Positions 13,481 through 26,549 are shown, numbered from the stretch's first letter. The stretch: 64,000 nt of DNA from Amphiscolops sp. MND2022 (GCA_964187785.1 OZ076409.1:61072001-61136000), one strand, 5' to 3'. Numbers and translations: made by a program. The notes: a model not told the origin generated them from the letters alone.

Positions 13481-14166
13481 AACAAGCCGGGACCGGCCCA
13501 AGTCGGCGCCATATCCAAGGCTCAAAAATAGCAAAAAGACTTCCAAGTGTCAAGTATTCTTTTACAGTACTCGAAAATTGAAAGTTTTTTGAAAAATTTT
13601 TTTTCTAAAAAATTACATACTAAAAAAAATGGACCGAGTGGCGCGCCGGGACTCGCTAGCGCGAGCCCCTGGCGCGCTAAAGTCTCACAATGCCGAAAAA
13701 CTGAAAGGGGGACCCTTTGAGGTTTTTCAACATCCACAGAATGGCATTCTGTCGCAAAACATGAAAAAATTGAAGAAAACAAAAATTTTCATTTTCGGGA
13801 AAAAATCTCACAATGCCGAAAAAAACTGAAAGGGGGACCTTTTGGGATTTTTTAACATCCATTCTGTCGCCAAACATCAAAAAAAATGCAGGGGGGACCC
13901 TTTGGGGAAAATTTTTTTTCGAAAAAAAAGTCTCGCAGTGCCGAAAAAAAATGAAAGGGGGGAGCCTTTGGTCTCGCCCGGTACGGTATGTTAAGCGGAA
14001 AAACAGGAAAAACCTTTTTGGTTCAGTTCGCTAGACTAAATAGTGCAATTTAGTGCAATAATATTTTGTAGAACTTTTAAGAACTATTTTGGTCAATTCG
14101 TGTGGATAGAAAAAAAAGAGTCACTATAATATTAGTTACATTAGTTCATGAAGCGCCGACTAAAAA
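13481..14166 (+). mobile_element. Helentron/HINE-like interspersed repeat
   Basis: 5' AACAAG...AAGTCGGCGCC and 3' AAGCGCCGACTAAAAA form a subterminal inverted motif. Internal repeated unit TCTCACAATGCCGAAAAAACTGAAAGGGGGACCCTTTG. Many related copies in the window. Confidence 0.6.
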
Positions 14167-15044
14167 TCCCGACTAACAAAGCTTTATGTGAACACTGGAT
14201 GGAATTTTCATTGCCCACCTGTAGATACCATCGAATAGGTTTTCCACTACAAACAAGCTTTCTGGGCTACAATACTTCGGCATTCCATCGGTGGCTGCCG
14301 GAACTCTGTCGAAATCCACCGATTAGCCAGTATAATTAAATATTTTTTTATGGTACCCAGAGTTGGATAGCAGAATAGTGTGAAATTCTGAAAAGCTTTA
14401 ACACGTCAACTAACCATGCAAGGAAAATAAAACGAAAGAAAATCAGTCGAACTTTCCTTTATTCAAAAAATGAATAAGCCTAAACTAGTCTTCACTTTTG
14501 CGGTTTTGCATAACAGCAAAAACGATTGACCTCATTTGAAAAATTTAACACAGTCTAAAATTTCAGAACTTTCTACTCTATATATGTCTCTTTTCTCTGT
14601 GCAGATTGTTTTTTAAATAACTACAAAACCTATGTATTTGAGGATTGGTAACTTTTTGTTGTTAAGTGACGTTTTCAGCGATGCTCGTCCAATAATCACT
14701 TCAAAATTTCTTCCAATTCAACTTGTGAATAGGGAACCTTTCAATTGTGAATAGGGAAATAAAACGCGACTATAAAAGTGATTTGGTAACTTTGATGTTT
14801 TTTTTTTGTTTTCAGTTAAAGTTAAGAACACAGAAGCTTTTTAAAAAGTCATTATTTGGGGGGTTTTTGAGCCTTAAGACTTGGGCGGCTACCGACTTGT
14901 TTTTTAGTCGGCGTTTTTCTTGAAAAGAATCGACTATAGTCATGGCTTTTCGTCAGTGGTTTTTGCAATACACCTGAAGTGACCAAAATAGTTCTACCAA
15001 AAGTTCTATTAAATTTCATATTGCACCTGTTGGCCCAGGAACTG

Positions 15045-17080
15045 TGTGGAATTTTTGATTCTTTGGCGTTTTAGAAAAATCCCATTACTTTTGCGCGAAG
15101 ACAGTGATCTAGAGAGTACCTTTTCATGCCTTGCTTAAAACGATGGCGTTGACGGTCACCCATGTGAGAAGGCAAGGCACCGGATCGGAGATAATCCACC
15201 CGTTCGTTATAGCTTTCAGGATCCATATTAGATTAATTACTATATTGCAATGCAATAACATGCGAGAATAGAACTGCGGATAGCAAACGGGATATAGAAA
15301 GAGTAAATTTGATTGTTCGAGCAAACTCGAATTGACGTCAACAACGAAATTGTTCGAATTAGCTAAGTTAGAATCGACCGCTTCGAGCGAATTTTACTAA
15401 GTTTTTCTTTGGACGGAAACATAGATCTGAAGGAAAAAACACCACCCCCCTTTTTGGGAAGGACTTATCCGATCGAGCTGAAATTTGCCATGCATAAACT
15501 CTAGAGGTGATAACTCAACTTTCGACTAGGAGTACCCACCCTCGTACCTCCCCCCAGTCCCGGGCTATTAGCACCGGAAGTGAACTATGTCGACCCCCCT
15601 ACGAACTCGTCGGCCAGGCACGGAATAAGTCGTATTATATATGGAATTGATAGCCTACGTGATCTTAAGACGTTTGTGCATATTTTTGGAACCCTACGAC
15701 GCGTGTAGGAGGAGCACGGACCCTAAGTAAAAAAACCCCGAATGTTATGTAAATAGCCAACGGACGACCCGAAGATCATGAAACTTACCCAATATATTCA
15801 CCTGGTAACCCTAACTAATATACATGAAAGATACAAGAATCGGTCCACCACGCGCGGAGCAATGTTTGTTTAGGGCACGCGGGACCTGACGCGCGGGCCC
15901 GACCGATAAGGGACATTGACATTGGCTTGTAATATCTCAAACGAACCGGAATGATGAATGTAGTTGATTACTAGCGTGAATGAAACCATATTTATAACCC
16001 ACGCAGGGGTAACCGCCTTAAGTAAACAAACAATACGTATATCATGTAACTCGGAGACTATTGACCCCAGAGTGGTATAACTTGGCATATAGCAAACTTA
16101 GATGGGGACAAATAACTTCAAGGTCACGGACGGACCTCAAGGTCATTTTAGATGCAACACCAGAACATATAAGAAAACGTACAATAAAACATGTAAATCA
16201 GCGTCTTTAAGCGATAATTTATGCGTTTCAGTCAGGCGGAACGATTCGGGATGTATTTCACCTAGGAAAATGGAAAAGTACCCCTTACGTGTAGAGAACA
16301 TGTAAACTATGTAGTCATGAAGGTCATTGAACAATCTTTTCGATATTAAAATATCTCGGGCGGCTTGAATTATTATTGAAATGCGAACTTTATACAACCA
16401 TTGTTGAATTACTTGTCGTAGACGAAGTATAACCGGTGGCGTTCGCCTTGCCATAAAAGGAATGGATAAACATGAAGGTAAACACATGCAAACTCAATAT
16501 GCCGACGCCCTGTATGTAATGAAAATGTCACGTATGATAGAATGTTTAGATGCGATCACCAGAAACACGCGCGATAAATAAATATAAATGAGGCGGAATT
16601 AAAACAGAATCGAAGAGACACAACCGAGAAAGAGAGCTAGAAGAGAGTTGAGTCTCGCGGAGACAAGAGACACTTCTAGAAGATCTTGTTGTCGGTAACC
16701 TAAAGAAGATTTCCTGACAAGTCCGGGACTTGTGATTTTGTTGAAGTCGGAGCTTTAACAAAATTGGACTCGCCTAACGTAACTGGCTGAATCGCGGATT
16801 GTTCTCCTATTCATAGAGATAGAGATTATTTTGTTTGGCAGTTGCGAATCATTTAGTGTTACCTTTGCTGTGATAGTGTTAATTTTGCTGTATAGAAGAA
16901 ATTGTATCATCTAATTAGTCGAACTTTTTGGAATAATTAGAGCCGAAGAGCAATTTGGAGAGAAAAGTAGTCGCGCTAGCAATCGACGCAGAAGCCTTAC
17001 CTACCAAACAAAAAACCTTTCTGTTAAGAGTTGAGCTCTTGGGGTTTTCTCTCCGACCCCAGTAGCAGAAATTTCTTACA
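15045..17080. mobile_element. Solo LTR, 2036 bp
   Basis: TGTGG...TTACA termini with 5-bp TSD AACTG (15040-15044, 17081-17085). Empty site CAGGAACTGAACC in copy B at ~44821. No long ORF. Confidence 0.85.
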
Positions 17081-18046
17081 AACTGAACCAAAAAGGTTTT
17101 TCCGTTTTTCCGCGTAAAATACGTTACCGGGCGAAACTAAAGGGTTCCCCTTTCACTTTTTAGAGTTTTGCGACAGAATGGATGTTGAAAAACCGCAAAG
17201 GGTCCACCATTTCAGTTTTTCGGCATTCTGAGACTCTTTCAAAAACATTTTCATGAAAGGGTCCTCAAATCACCAATACTTTGACATTTTGAAGTCCTTT
17301 TGCTATTTTTGAGCCTTAGATATGGCGCCGACTTGGGCCGGTCCCGGCTTGTTAAACATATGATGATGAATTTTTAAATTAACATATTTTTGGTATTTCT
17401 TGAATATATGTGTTGGCGCCAACTATGATGTATTTGATAGAGCGATGATATCTTCTTTGATCTTTTCGTTCGATACTTCAAGTATTCTTACGATTCGTGT
17501 CTAATTTCTACATGGCAACAAATTCATCAGAAAAACTTTAGGAAGAGGGAACTAAACAGAAGTCCCAAAATTTCAAAGTTGCGCATTGGAACCAAAGGAT
17601 GACCTTTTGGTCTAAACTATTGGCATCACAAAAAATAGTCCTGCGTAGGATTCCAACCTAATCTAACACCATGAAAGGTCCGAAAAGCAAAATCTTGTTA
17701 CCTGATTTTAGGTGGGCGCTTTATATTAGAAAAAAAACTTTTTGAGAGGAATTTTCTTTCCATTATTTTTCGTTTACTTTAAAAAATCTTGAGTTTAGCC
17801 GGGGAACTCGTGGGTTTAGCCATACGTGGGTTCGAGTCTCGCATTGCACCACTTTTTCTGCTCTAGCGTTTTTCAGCACCGTGCGACTTCGGAATTTTTA
17901 AAACCGGAGCCCAACTCTTTGATTTTTGGCAAAAAGAATGCGCTTTTCTAGCATAGAGGCCCCTAAAGGTTTTTCGGCACTGTGTGACTCATCGAGAAAA
18001 TTTTTTTCAAAAAACAAGAAGGTTTTTACAGGTTTTCTGTTAAGAA

Positions 18047-18149
18047 AATCGTTTTTCATGTCTTAAGGGTGACCTAGTATCTAGTTTATTTATCCTAGTA
18101 GGATAAATAAACTAGATACTAGGTTACCCTTAAGATATGAAAAACGATT
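18047..18149. repeat. 103-bp near-perfect palindrome
   Basis: AATCGTTTTTCATGTCTTAAGGGTGACCTAGTATC...CCTA-G-TAGG...GATACTAGGTTACCCTTAAGATATGAAAAACGATT, with 51-bp arms and a 1-nt centre at 18098. Confidence 0.95.
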
Positions 18150-18874
18150 CGGGCTGACGAGTGTCTCTCAATTATTGTGGAAAAGACGTAAGGTTTCTCC
18201 CGGCTCTGTGAGACTTTTTACAATTTTTTTTCAGTCATTCAAGGGTTCAGTTCCTTGGAGGCCACACCTTTGGGTAATTTTGTCACTGCGACTTTTTTCG
18301 AACAAAAGGTTATCGGGAAAAAAAAACAAAAATTTGGGTTGTGATATTTTCAGTATGGAGAAAATTTTTTACCCTGCAAAATCCCCCTTGGACGCTTTCT
18401 GTGGTAGCAATGTAAAAAAATTGCACTGTGACTGCAATATTTTTTGTTTTTTTTTTGTAATTGGTCCAAGTGACCTAAAAAATTAAAAGTATAAAATCCA
18501 AATAGAGCCAAAGGGACTCAAAGGATCCTCCTTTTCATTTTCCAGAAACTCTATTTGAAGTACAAATCCCCAAATGGTTTGTTTGGAAATGTGCAGCTCC
18601 TTTCAGATTTTTTTTCCAATTTACTAACGTTATTAAGCTCGTTTCATGTTTTCATGTACTTAACTGGAAATTTTTTTCAGCACAAAGAGTTCTCCCTTCA
18701 AATAGGTTTTGATAATGTCAGTTTTGAATTTTTTCTGAAAACAATTCCTTAACGACTTGAAATGCAACATATCAAACCACTCTGCAGACCATGCTCTCAC
18801 AATTAATCCGAAGTCGTTCTATGGAATTTAATAAGTTTCCTTCATAACTAGCCCAATGTAGTTCAAAAGATGGT

Positions 18875-21709
18875 AATAATAATAATTGAATTTATCAGGT
18901 GGCGTTATACATGTTCCAGAATTTCAAAGTAGAAATATATATATATATAAAAGCCCCTGAAAAGAATTCCTACAAGCACAAAGGCTTTTCGTGAGGAATC
19001 CTTTTTTACAACACAAAAGGTATGAGTTATTGGTTAAACAGAAACTTGGTTGTGGTAGAGGTTTGACACTTAATTATCTATTGTAGAGGAGATCGATCAG
19101 TTCTCCGTTGCCAAAAATATATAGATCTGAAATTTGGTGATAGAAGTTTTGAACCTGCTTTTCATCCATTTCACATATATTTTCCTCGGACGGCAAGACA
19201 CCCCACTTACGTAAAGCATTCATTAGTATTATTGCATGAGAATCTAGCCGATCAGTTTTTGCAGCGTAGTTCCAAACGTTTAGACTTCTGTTTCTTGTCT
19301 GCCTGGCTTGAGCCCCAATCTTCAAATTTTTGAAACCATTTCGAATCTCATTAATAGAGTACTTGAAAACTTCGTAGATATGGTATTCAAAAACTGTGCC
19401 AATTTTTAGCTCTTTAAATTTTGCCATTACACTAGCCCTTGGTGGAAGTCGGAATGCTATCCGAATTATTTTTTTTTGAAGTAACATGATTTTTTGTAGT
19501 CTTGTTTTCGGGCTTAAACCATACAAAAGAACCCCATATTGAATAATTGGCGATATATATGATCGGATGTATTGTACTAACTGTCTTTTGTTCAGTGTTT
19601 CTCTTAATTTGTAAAGAATTCCACTCTGTCGTGCAAGTTTCCCAGTGATTTTACTAATGTGCACTTCAAAGTTCAATTTTTTATCAAAATGTATGCCCAA
19701 GTACTTGTAGTTTTCACATGAGGAAATTTCATGATCCCCAATTGCTGTATTTGGATGATTTACTGATCTCTTCTCGAAAACAACAAACTTCGTTTTCATG
19801 TAATTACAGTCAACGTCATTTTCATTCAGCCAGCTTTGAAACAAACTTTTGTCATCTGATCTAGAGTTTAATTTTTCTATCATAACTGTGTCATCAGCAT
19901 ATTTTACAACTTCGCTCTGCCAATTTTCATCTGCACCCAGGTCATTAATATATACAAGAAACAAAAGTGGGCCAAGAATAGATCCCTGTGGTACTCCACG
20001 TTTTATCGATCTCATTTTTGAACATTCATTTTCAATTTTAACATACTGAAATCTATTTGCCAGATAATTTTCCAAGAGCTTATGAGGAATCCCTCTAATA
20101 CCATAATGGTACAACTTTTCTAACAAGATTTTATGATCAACTGAATCAAATGCTTTCCTGAAGTCGACAAAAATGCAGTTCGTTTTGGCTTTGGATTGCC
20201 AATTTTCTTCTATTTTTTTATATAGCGATGTTGCTGCTTGGATACAATTTTTCTTTTTCCTGAATCCGTATTGATTTTCCGAAAGGAGTGAAAACTTTTC
20301 TAGATAGTTCATCAATCTTTCGTGGATTACTTTCTCAAATACTTTTGATAAATTACCCAAAATTGAAATTGGTCTGTAATTTGAAGGTAAATTTTTTTCT
20401 CCGGCTTTAAAAATTGGAACTACTTTGGCAATTTTCATACTTTGGGGGAAAACTCCTTCTGAAATGCATTTATTAAAGGCAGTTTTTAGGTAAGGACTAA
20501 CAATTTGTGCCGCTTTCTTTAAAACTCTGACATCTACACCATCTTTTCCAACAGATTTTTTGTTTTTCAATGTTGCGATAATTTTCAATATTTCATCATC
20601 ATTTACTGGACGTAGAAACATAGATTGCGGTTGGTCAACTTGCTGACTTTTCCATTTAGGAGCGGACGTGTTATTTTGTTTATCACAAGCAGTGACGAAA
20701 TATTTATTGAAGTCTTCAACAGATAGTCCTCCAAAATTTTTCACTTGGGTGTCAGTTCCTTTCATTTTTTTAATATGTCTGTACAGTTCTTTTGGATTAT
20801 TTTGCTCAATTTTGTTTTGAACTTCATTTCGTTTTGCAATTTTAATCTCCATGTTGACTTCATTCCGTTTCTTTTTGTATTTTTCGTGATCAAGCTCTGT
20901 TTTTGTTTTGATCCATAGCTGGTACAGTTTATCTCTAGTAGCTATTTGCCGTTTTATACGATTTGTTATCCATGTTTTTTTGCAAGCGCGTCTTTTTACT
21001 TTTTTTAGCGGAAAGTATTTGTCTGTGGCATCGTGAAGTAGTTGTGCAACCTTATCAAGATATGCTTCGGCTTCTGTGTTTACCTCATCAATTTTCCCCA
21101 GAGAATGACTCAAGAAAAAGAGAAACTTTTCACAGTAGAGAGGATCTTCTAATTTTTTCAAAGATCTAAATTCATAGATGTTTTCTACGACCTCATGGTA
21201 TATATTGATATCCAACTTCAAGCTGTAGTGATCGGAGAATGTAGTCTTTACTATCAGGGATCGTTGAACAGGAACATTGCTGTATATCGAATCTATACAT
21301 GTACTTGATGTAGCAGTTTCTCTAGTAGGTTCTCTCAAACTAACCAAATCAAGTCCTTGTGAAGACATCAAGTTTTCTAGCGTTACCCGTGCTGCAAGGG
21401 ACACGTTCAAGAGATCAATATTGAAGTCACCACATGCTATTTGTAAACCGTCGCCATTTTTCATCAACACTTCTTCAACGTGTTCTAGATACTGGTTTCT
21501 GTTTCTGGAAGGTTCACAGTAAAAACAAGAAACAGTGATTTTCTTTTTCTTTTTGGAGTCACTAATTTTTACTGATACTGACTCATGTATCTCATCAGTG
21601 TGTATTAGTTCTGCTTCCAAGTCTAACGTAACATAAATTGCTACTCCTCCACCTCGTCTTTTATTCCTAGTACTGGTAAATGGTCTGTGGTATCCGTCTA
21701 TGCTATAAA
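18875..21709 (-). mobile_element. 5'-truncated CR1/L2-group LINE
   Basis: APE endonuclease motifs (RRGGGVAIYV, GDFNID, SDH) and RT. (TTA)n 3' tail on the minus strand at ~18875. Flanked by GGT/GGT. Empty sites AAAGATGGTTTTAGATT at ~46447 and ~48843. Confidence 0.95.
19074..21709 (-). CDS. LINE ORF2 (AP endonuclease + reverse transcriptase), N-terminally truncated
   Basis: 848-aa ORF-track ORF (19074-21620) stays open upstream to the truncation point. Motifs NYRPISIL, QYGFR, DFRKAFDSV, GVPQGSILGPLLF, YADD, YKYLG. Confidence 0.95.
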
Positions 21710-24387
21710 GGTTTTAGATTACATAAAATACTTTTTCCGCCTGAAAAGCGGCGATAAGCAACTTGGCCAATCGTTCGTAAGATTTTGATAGGGAATTCAT
21801 TTTGTAGAAAACCATGTTAATTTTACTCAAACAGCATCATTTTTCAAATGCAATTTTCGGGAACTGCGACTTTCTTGACTGTAATATCAATGCTGCATCA
21901 TTTTTCTTTTATCTTTTGGTTCAACCTACAAAAATATTCTTTGGCATGCGAATTTGGAAAACAATAGAAACAAAGTTTAGATACTGATTAACAGTTAAAA
22001 GCAGATTCAAAAGTTAGATTTTTAGTGTAGTTTTTTTCTTCAGCCCACTCCGTATCCATTCTGAAGAACTTCTTCTCTATGCTGTTCTTGGTCTTCTTTC
22101 TTTTTGGCAACTGAAACACAGTTTAATTGATCAAGGGAGAAGAAAATGGATCCCTGTCCAAGAATGACTATGCCGCAATTTTCCAAACTATGAGGGAAAA
22201 AAGGTGAAAGTTCTTCATTCAAGATGCCTGAACTTCTACGTACTCTATAGGTTATAACCTTTTAGACAGCACGCTTTTGTGCAGCATGCCAAAAGTTCCT
22301 GTACCTCCGACTAGAGGAAACAGTTGTTGACTCTCCAAATACATCTTATCTTTGAAAAAATGTATATTACACTTTACCGCGTGACAATTTTGTTTTCCCT
22401 AACCTTCAAAATTTTCCAAGAGCAAAAATATGATATACTTTTAGGTTGAAATCATTTTAGAGATGATACTTCTAGGCAGCAATAATCAGTTTTTTTCTAA
22501 CTGCAACAACAGCTTTGGAAAAAGCAATGAAATATGTAAAGCATTTTTAGTTATACGGGATGAAACAATATCACAATGAGAGAAAGACAAATATTTAATG
22601 TAAAACTCTGCGACATGACGAGATCATTTCAGTTAACGCAAGCAGTGTCACTACTTATTGGGAATTTCCTTCACAGTCGCAAAGATTTGCTTTGAGTCCA
22701 TGAAAAACCACTGTTAATAGGTGATCAATTTTCTCTGTTCTATTTGTTAATATGAAAAGTTCAAGCTTATTATCAGCTTCACACAAACTTCAGGTTGCCA
22801 ACATGCATTCATATATTTTTAAAAATTACGCGTATGCTGATTTCATACATGTGGTGAATTCTACTGAAAAACCCAGATGTGAGACACCCGTTGGACTCAA
22901 AAACGTATTTCCCGATCTTAAAAAGACAAAAAAAATCCAATACGGTGAGAAATATTTCGTCCAAAGTTTGAAAAAAATCGCACAGCGCCGAAACAATATT
23001 TGACATAGTTTAGTGTTGCAAAGGTAAAAAGTTGGTCCAAAGCAAAATTCCAATCCACTCCAAGAGTCCCACAATATCTCACCACCCAGATAAACCCGTG
23101 TTAACCTCTAGGCCAAGCAGCAAATGAAGTGACGGAGAAAACGAAGGAGAAAAGTATAGAATAGTTAAAGAACCTGTCAGTTCAGTTTCCAACAAAGGCA
23201 CAAAAATGTCTTTTTTTACGAAAGCGCCCACTGAAAAGTAACATTCAATTTGAACGATTTTGTGTGCATTCATGATTCAATCTGTGTATCATATTTTTCT
23301 GAAATATATCACTGAATTTATTCAGGGCAGAAAATACCTCAGTGTTTAATGAGCGTCTTCTTTAATGGTTATTTTGACTAAATTCGGTGTAACAGGTTGC
23401 TTTCGTTGAATATTTTCCCACATCTTAAAAACGAAAATTAGAGTCTTTAAATTTTATACAACCACAACTGGCATCAAATTTGGAGAAACTGCAGAGTTTT
23501 TTGGTATGGGCCGAGAAATGCTCACCTGGAGGCAGGCGAAGCGCCCCCGTAGCAGCGTTGCCCACTACTTTGAGAGTCTACTGAAGTCTCCCTTCTATAA
23601 TCAGCTGCGTTACGTTGACTAAAATCCACTTTGGATTGATTGGGACGGACTTGTACTAGCTTCCGGATTCTGTGTAGTGCTGCGAACCGACGGTCGTTTT
23701 AGCATTTAATCCGTTGTCAAGTACATCTAGACCATTTCGGTGTTGGAGAAAAACTTCTGAGCAACAGCTTAGTCTATTGCTTGTAAAATCTGCAAATGGG
23801 ATTTATTTTGATTTCATCTAGCTTTTTGCACATTTGTCTAACTAACTCTGAGATTGTTATTCAAGCCGATTAGCGAATATTGCACTACTCTCTCTACTGT
23901 TGGTATTTAACAGAGATCTCAAATCATCTTCTATTGTGTTTGTATTTTCTTGTCGTCCTCTGTTGAGTCTGCTCGAATATATCTCTGAATCGAGTCGTTT
24001 TCGTTAATATTCCTTGGGAAGTTCCCCAATATCACAATCATACTTTGCATATTTGATAATTTGACATTGACTTATAATTTAAATATTATACTAGTTATCT
24101 TACACTACTCCTGGGATGTAATTATGATATTAATACTTCTATGATGTCATGGTTCATATATCCCATCGAGAATATAGTGTTTTTTTTACTTTTCAAGTCA
24201 GGCATTACGTCTGACTCCCTAGAACGCTTTTCTCTAGCTTTTTTTACTGGTTGAAGGAGTGTTGTTTCCAAACTATATTATTGAAAAGAGTGTTGAATGA
24301 GTGTTGTTTTCAACCTATATTGTTGAAAAGAGCGAATCAGTACTATTTGTTAGAATTGTGACAACTTCAGGTGTGTACTGGAATGTA

Positions 24388-25143
24388 CAGTAGCGTTCTA
24401 AAACATCGCAACTCCAATGCTTAAAATTGCAAATTTCAAATCCGAATTTCTTGAAAACTATCACAAATACGAAAAAAAGTTAGCTAGGAAAGTTTCTTAA
24501 GAATTTTATCTAGTTTACAAAAATGTTTGTTTGAAATTTCTGCGACAAAAATTACAAAAGTTAGAAATTGGAAATTTTGACAAAATTTAATCAAATTTTT
24601 ATTTTTTCTGGATTTTTACAAAGTTGAAAATATATTTTTGAAAAATTTTCAGTCAATCATTTGCCCCCAAATCTCCTGAGGATGCTGATATAATTTCATC
24701 GGAAAACATTTTCGATTTCAAATAAAAATCATTTTTCTAAATACAATTCTTATAGCCTATCTTAATACATGTACTTCAGTGCTCATAGACACAAATTATA
24801 GTGTATTTTTTCTGATTCGAAAAAAATTCTCGATCAAAACAAATCAGTAGGTTCGGGAGATTGTAGGAAGTTTCCCAATGAAAAAAAAATCCAAAAACGT
24901 TTATTCTAAGTTACTCAATTTTCGAAAAAACTCAATATTCAATTAAAATTTACTAAAATTTGCAATTTTTTAATTTTTTTGGTAACGGTCGTAGAAATTT
25001 CAAACAAACATTTGTAAACTAGATAAAATTCTAAGAAACTTTTCTAGCTGGCAAAATTTTGTATTCGTGACAGTTTATGAGATATTTGGTTTTGAATTTT
25101 GCCATTTTATGCTATGAGGTTGCGATATTTTAGAACGCTACTG
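24388..25143. mobile_element. Tc1/mariner-type MITE with ~200-bp imperfect TIRs
   Basis: TA|CAGTAGCGTTCTAAAA ... TTTTAGAACGCTACTG|TA. Empty site GTGTATTGTATC in copy B at ~51344. Confidence 0.9.
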
Positions 25144-26549
25144 TATTGTATCAAAGATTATGAATGCGGGTGATGGGTATACATTTTTAAGGGCTGTGAC
25201 GTCCAAAACAGTGGGATTCACGTTACTACAATTAGTAGCACCCTACTATGACCAGGGTTGCCAAAAAATATATCTTATATGCAATAATCTTACAAAATTT
25301 ATAGCCGATTATCTATTGCATGACACTATGAAGTAAAGATTATATATCTTTTGAATAGAGCAATACAGAATACCTAATTCAACATTAAGATAATTTTATA
25401 TGTAAATGCATGTAAATAATGACGGGTCAAAGCTGCGTGTTTTGAAGTCCGTATACATTGCCGCTGCGAAAAAGTTTGTCTTTTTTTGAGTCATACAACA
25501 ATAGTTTTTGAAACCGAGTTTTTTCCGTGACCGTTGTTTCTAATATCTTTCATAATGGCAATTTTTGCTAATCTTACTGAACAGTGATACTAACTGTACT
25601 CTCATTTACAACGCAAAATTGTTCAATCATGATGTATAATTTTAAAAAACGCCTCCGGTTACGACGCGTTAGGTTGTGGAAGTTTTGTATTCTTCAAAAT
25701 ACGTCAAAACATCCGTCTTGAATAATGCAATGTTCGAAAGAGCCCGACCGAGGAACCCGTGAAAACGTAAAAAAAAACATAACGCGTTTCAATCTCAGAA
25801 TTGTCTTGTTTTCTGAAACAAGCAGCTGTCAACAAGCAACAAGTAACCAAAACTTTCACTGTCATTCATTCACAAGGGAACTATCATTACGTAATAAAAA
25901 AATGATGTTCCGAAGCTTTTCTGTATGTCTAAGTATCTTTTATTCAAAAGTCAGGGTTGAATTGACAGGTCAATCTGACTTTGGATGTGAAACGTTAATT
26001 TATAAATTCTAGCGTCCGAATGAATGACAAGATGAAGTAAGACTTGCATAACTTATTCAAAATAGTTATCGACAAATATTTCGAAAGTCGAGTGCTCAAA
26101 AATATATGTTTTGTAGTTCATTCAACAGTAATAAGTGACGCGCAGCAAATGGTACATGTAATAATTTTGCTGAAATTCAGAACCAAATATGAGTAAATAA
26201 AACATGAAAGTGCTTCTCGGAACGAAGTGTGAGCTTCTCGGAACGACGTGTGAGCCTGAACGGAGCTGTCAACCAAAAGCGAAACGCGTTTTCAAACTGT
26301 CTGTGATTGAACAAAGTGGGCTTCTTTATTTAAATTTAGAATACCTGTCAAATCTATCAGATGTTGTCCACGAAACGATGTTGTTTTCAGCAATTGACAA
26401 GCAACAAACTGAAACTTATAAAATTTTTGACTTCTTGTTGACAAATATTTACGTTGTCAAACTTGCTAAATGTTTACATGCACCGTTTTTTGCGGGTCAC
26501 CTATAATTACCCATTTATTGCGTAATAAAATATTCAGTGACGTAATGTT

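Larger units (their letters stand above)
7616..25645 (+). repeat. Copy A of a large direct duplication (partner 38381-54502)
   Basis: Colinear homology from TTCAGTTTGGCAAC (7616/38381) to CCCTACTATGAC (25252/51472), resuming at 25490-25645 vs 54347-54502. Matching ORF pairs appear in the ORF track. Confidence 0.95.

Noticed and set aside
13371..14339. Cluster of short ORFs (SHNAEK etc.)
   Set aside because: Derived from the non-coding interspersed repeat; frames differ between copies.
17815..17855. Functional tRNA gene
   Set aside because: Only a T-arm/CCA-like end is present; D and anticodon arms could not be folded.
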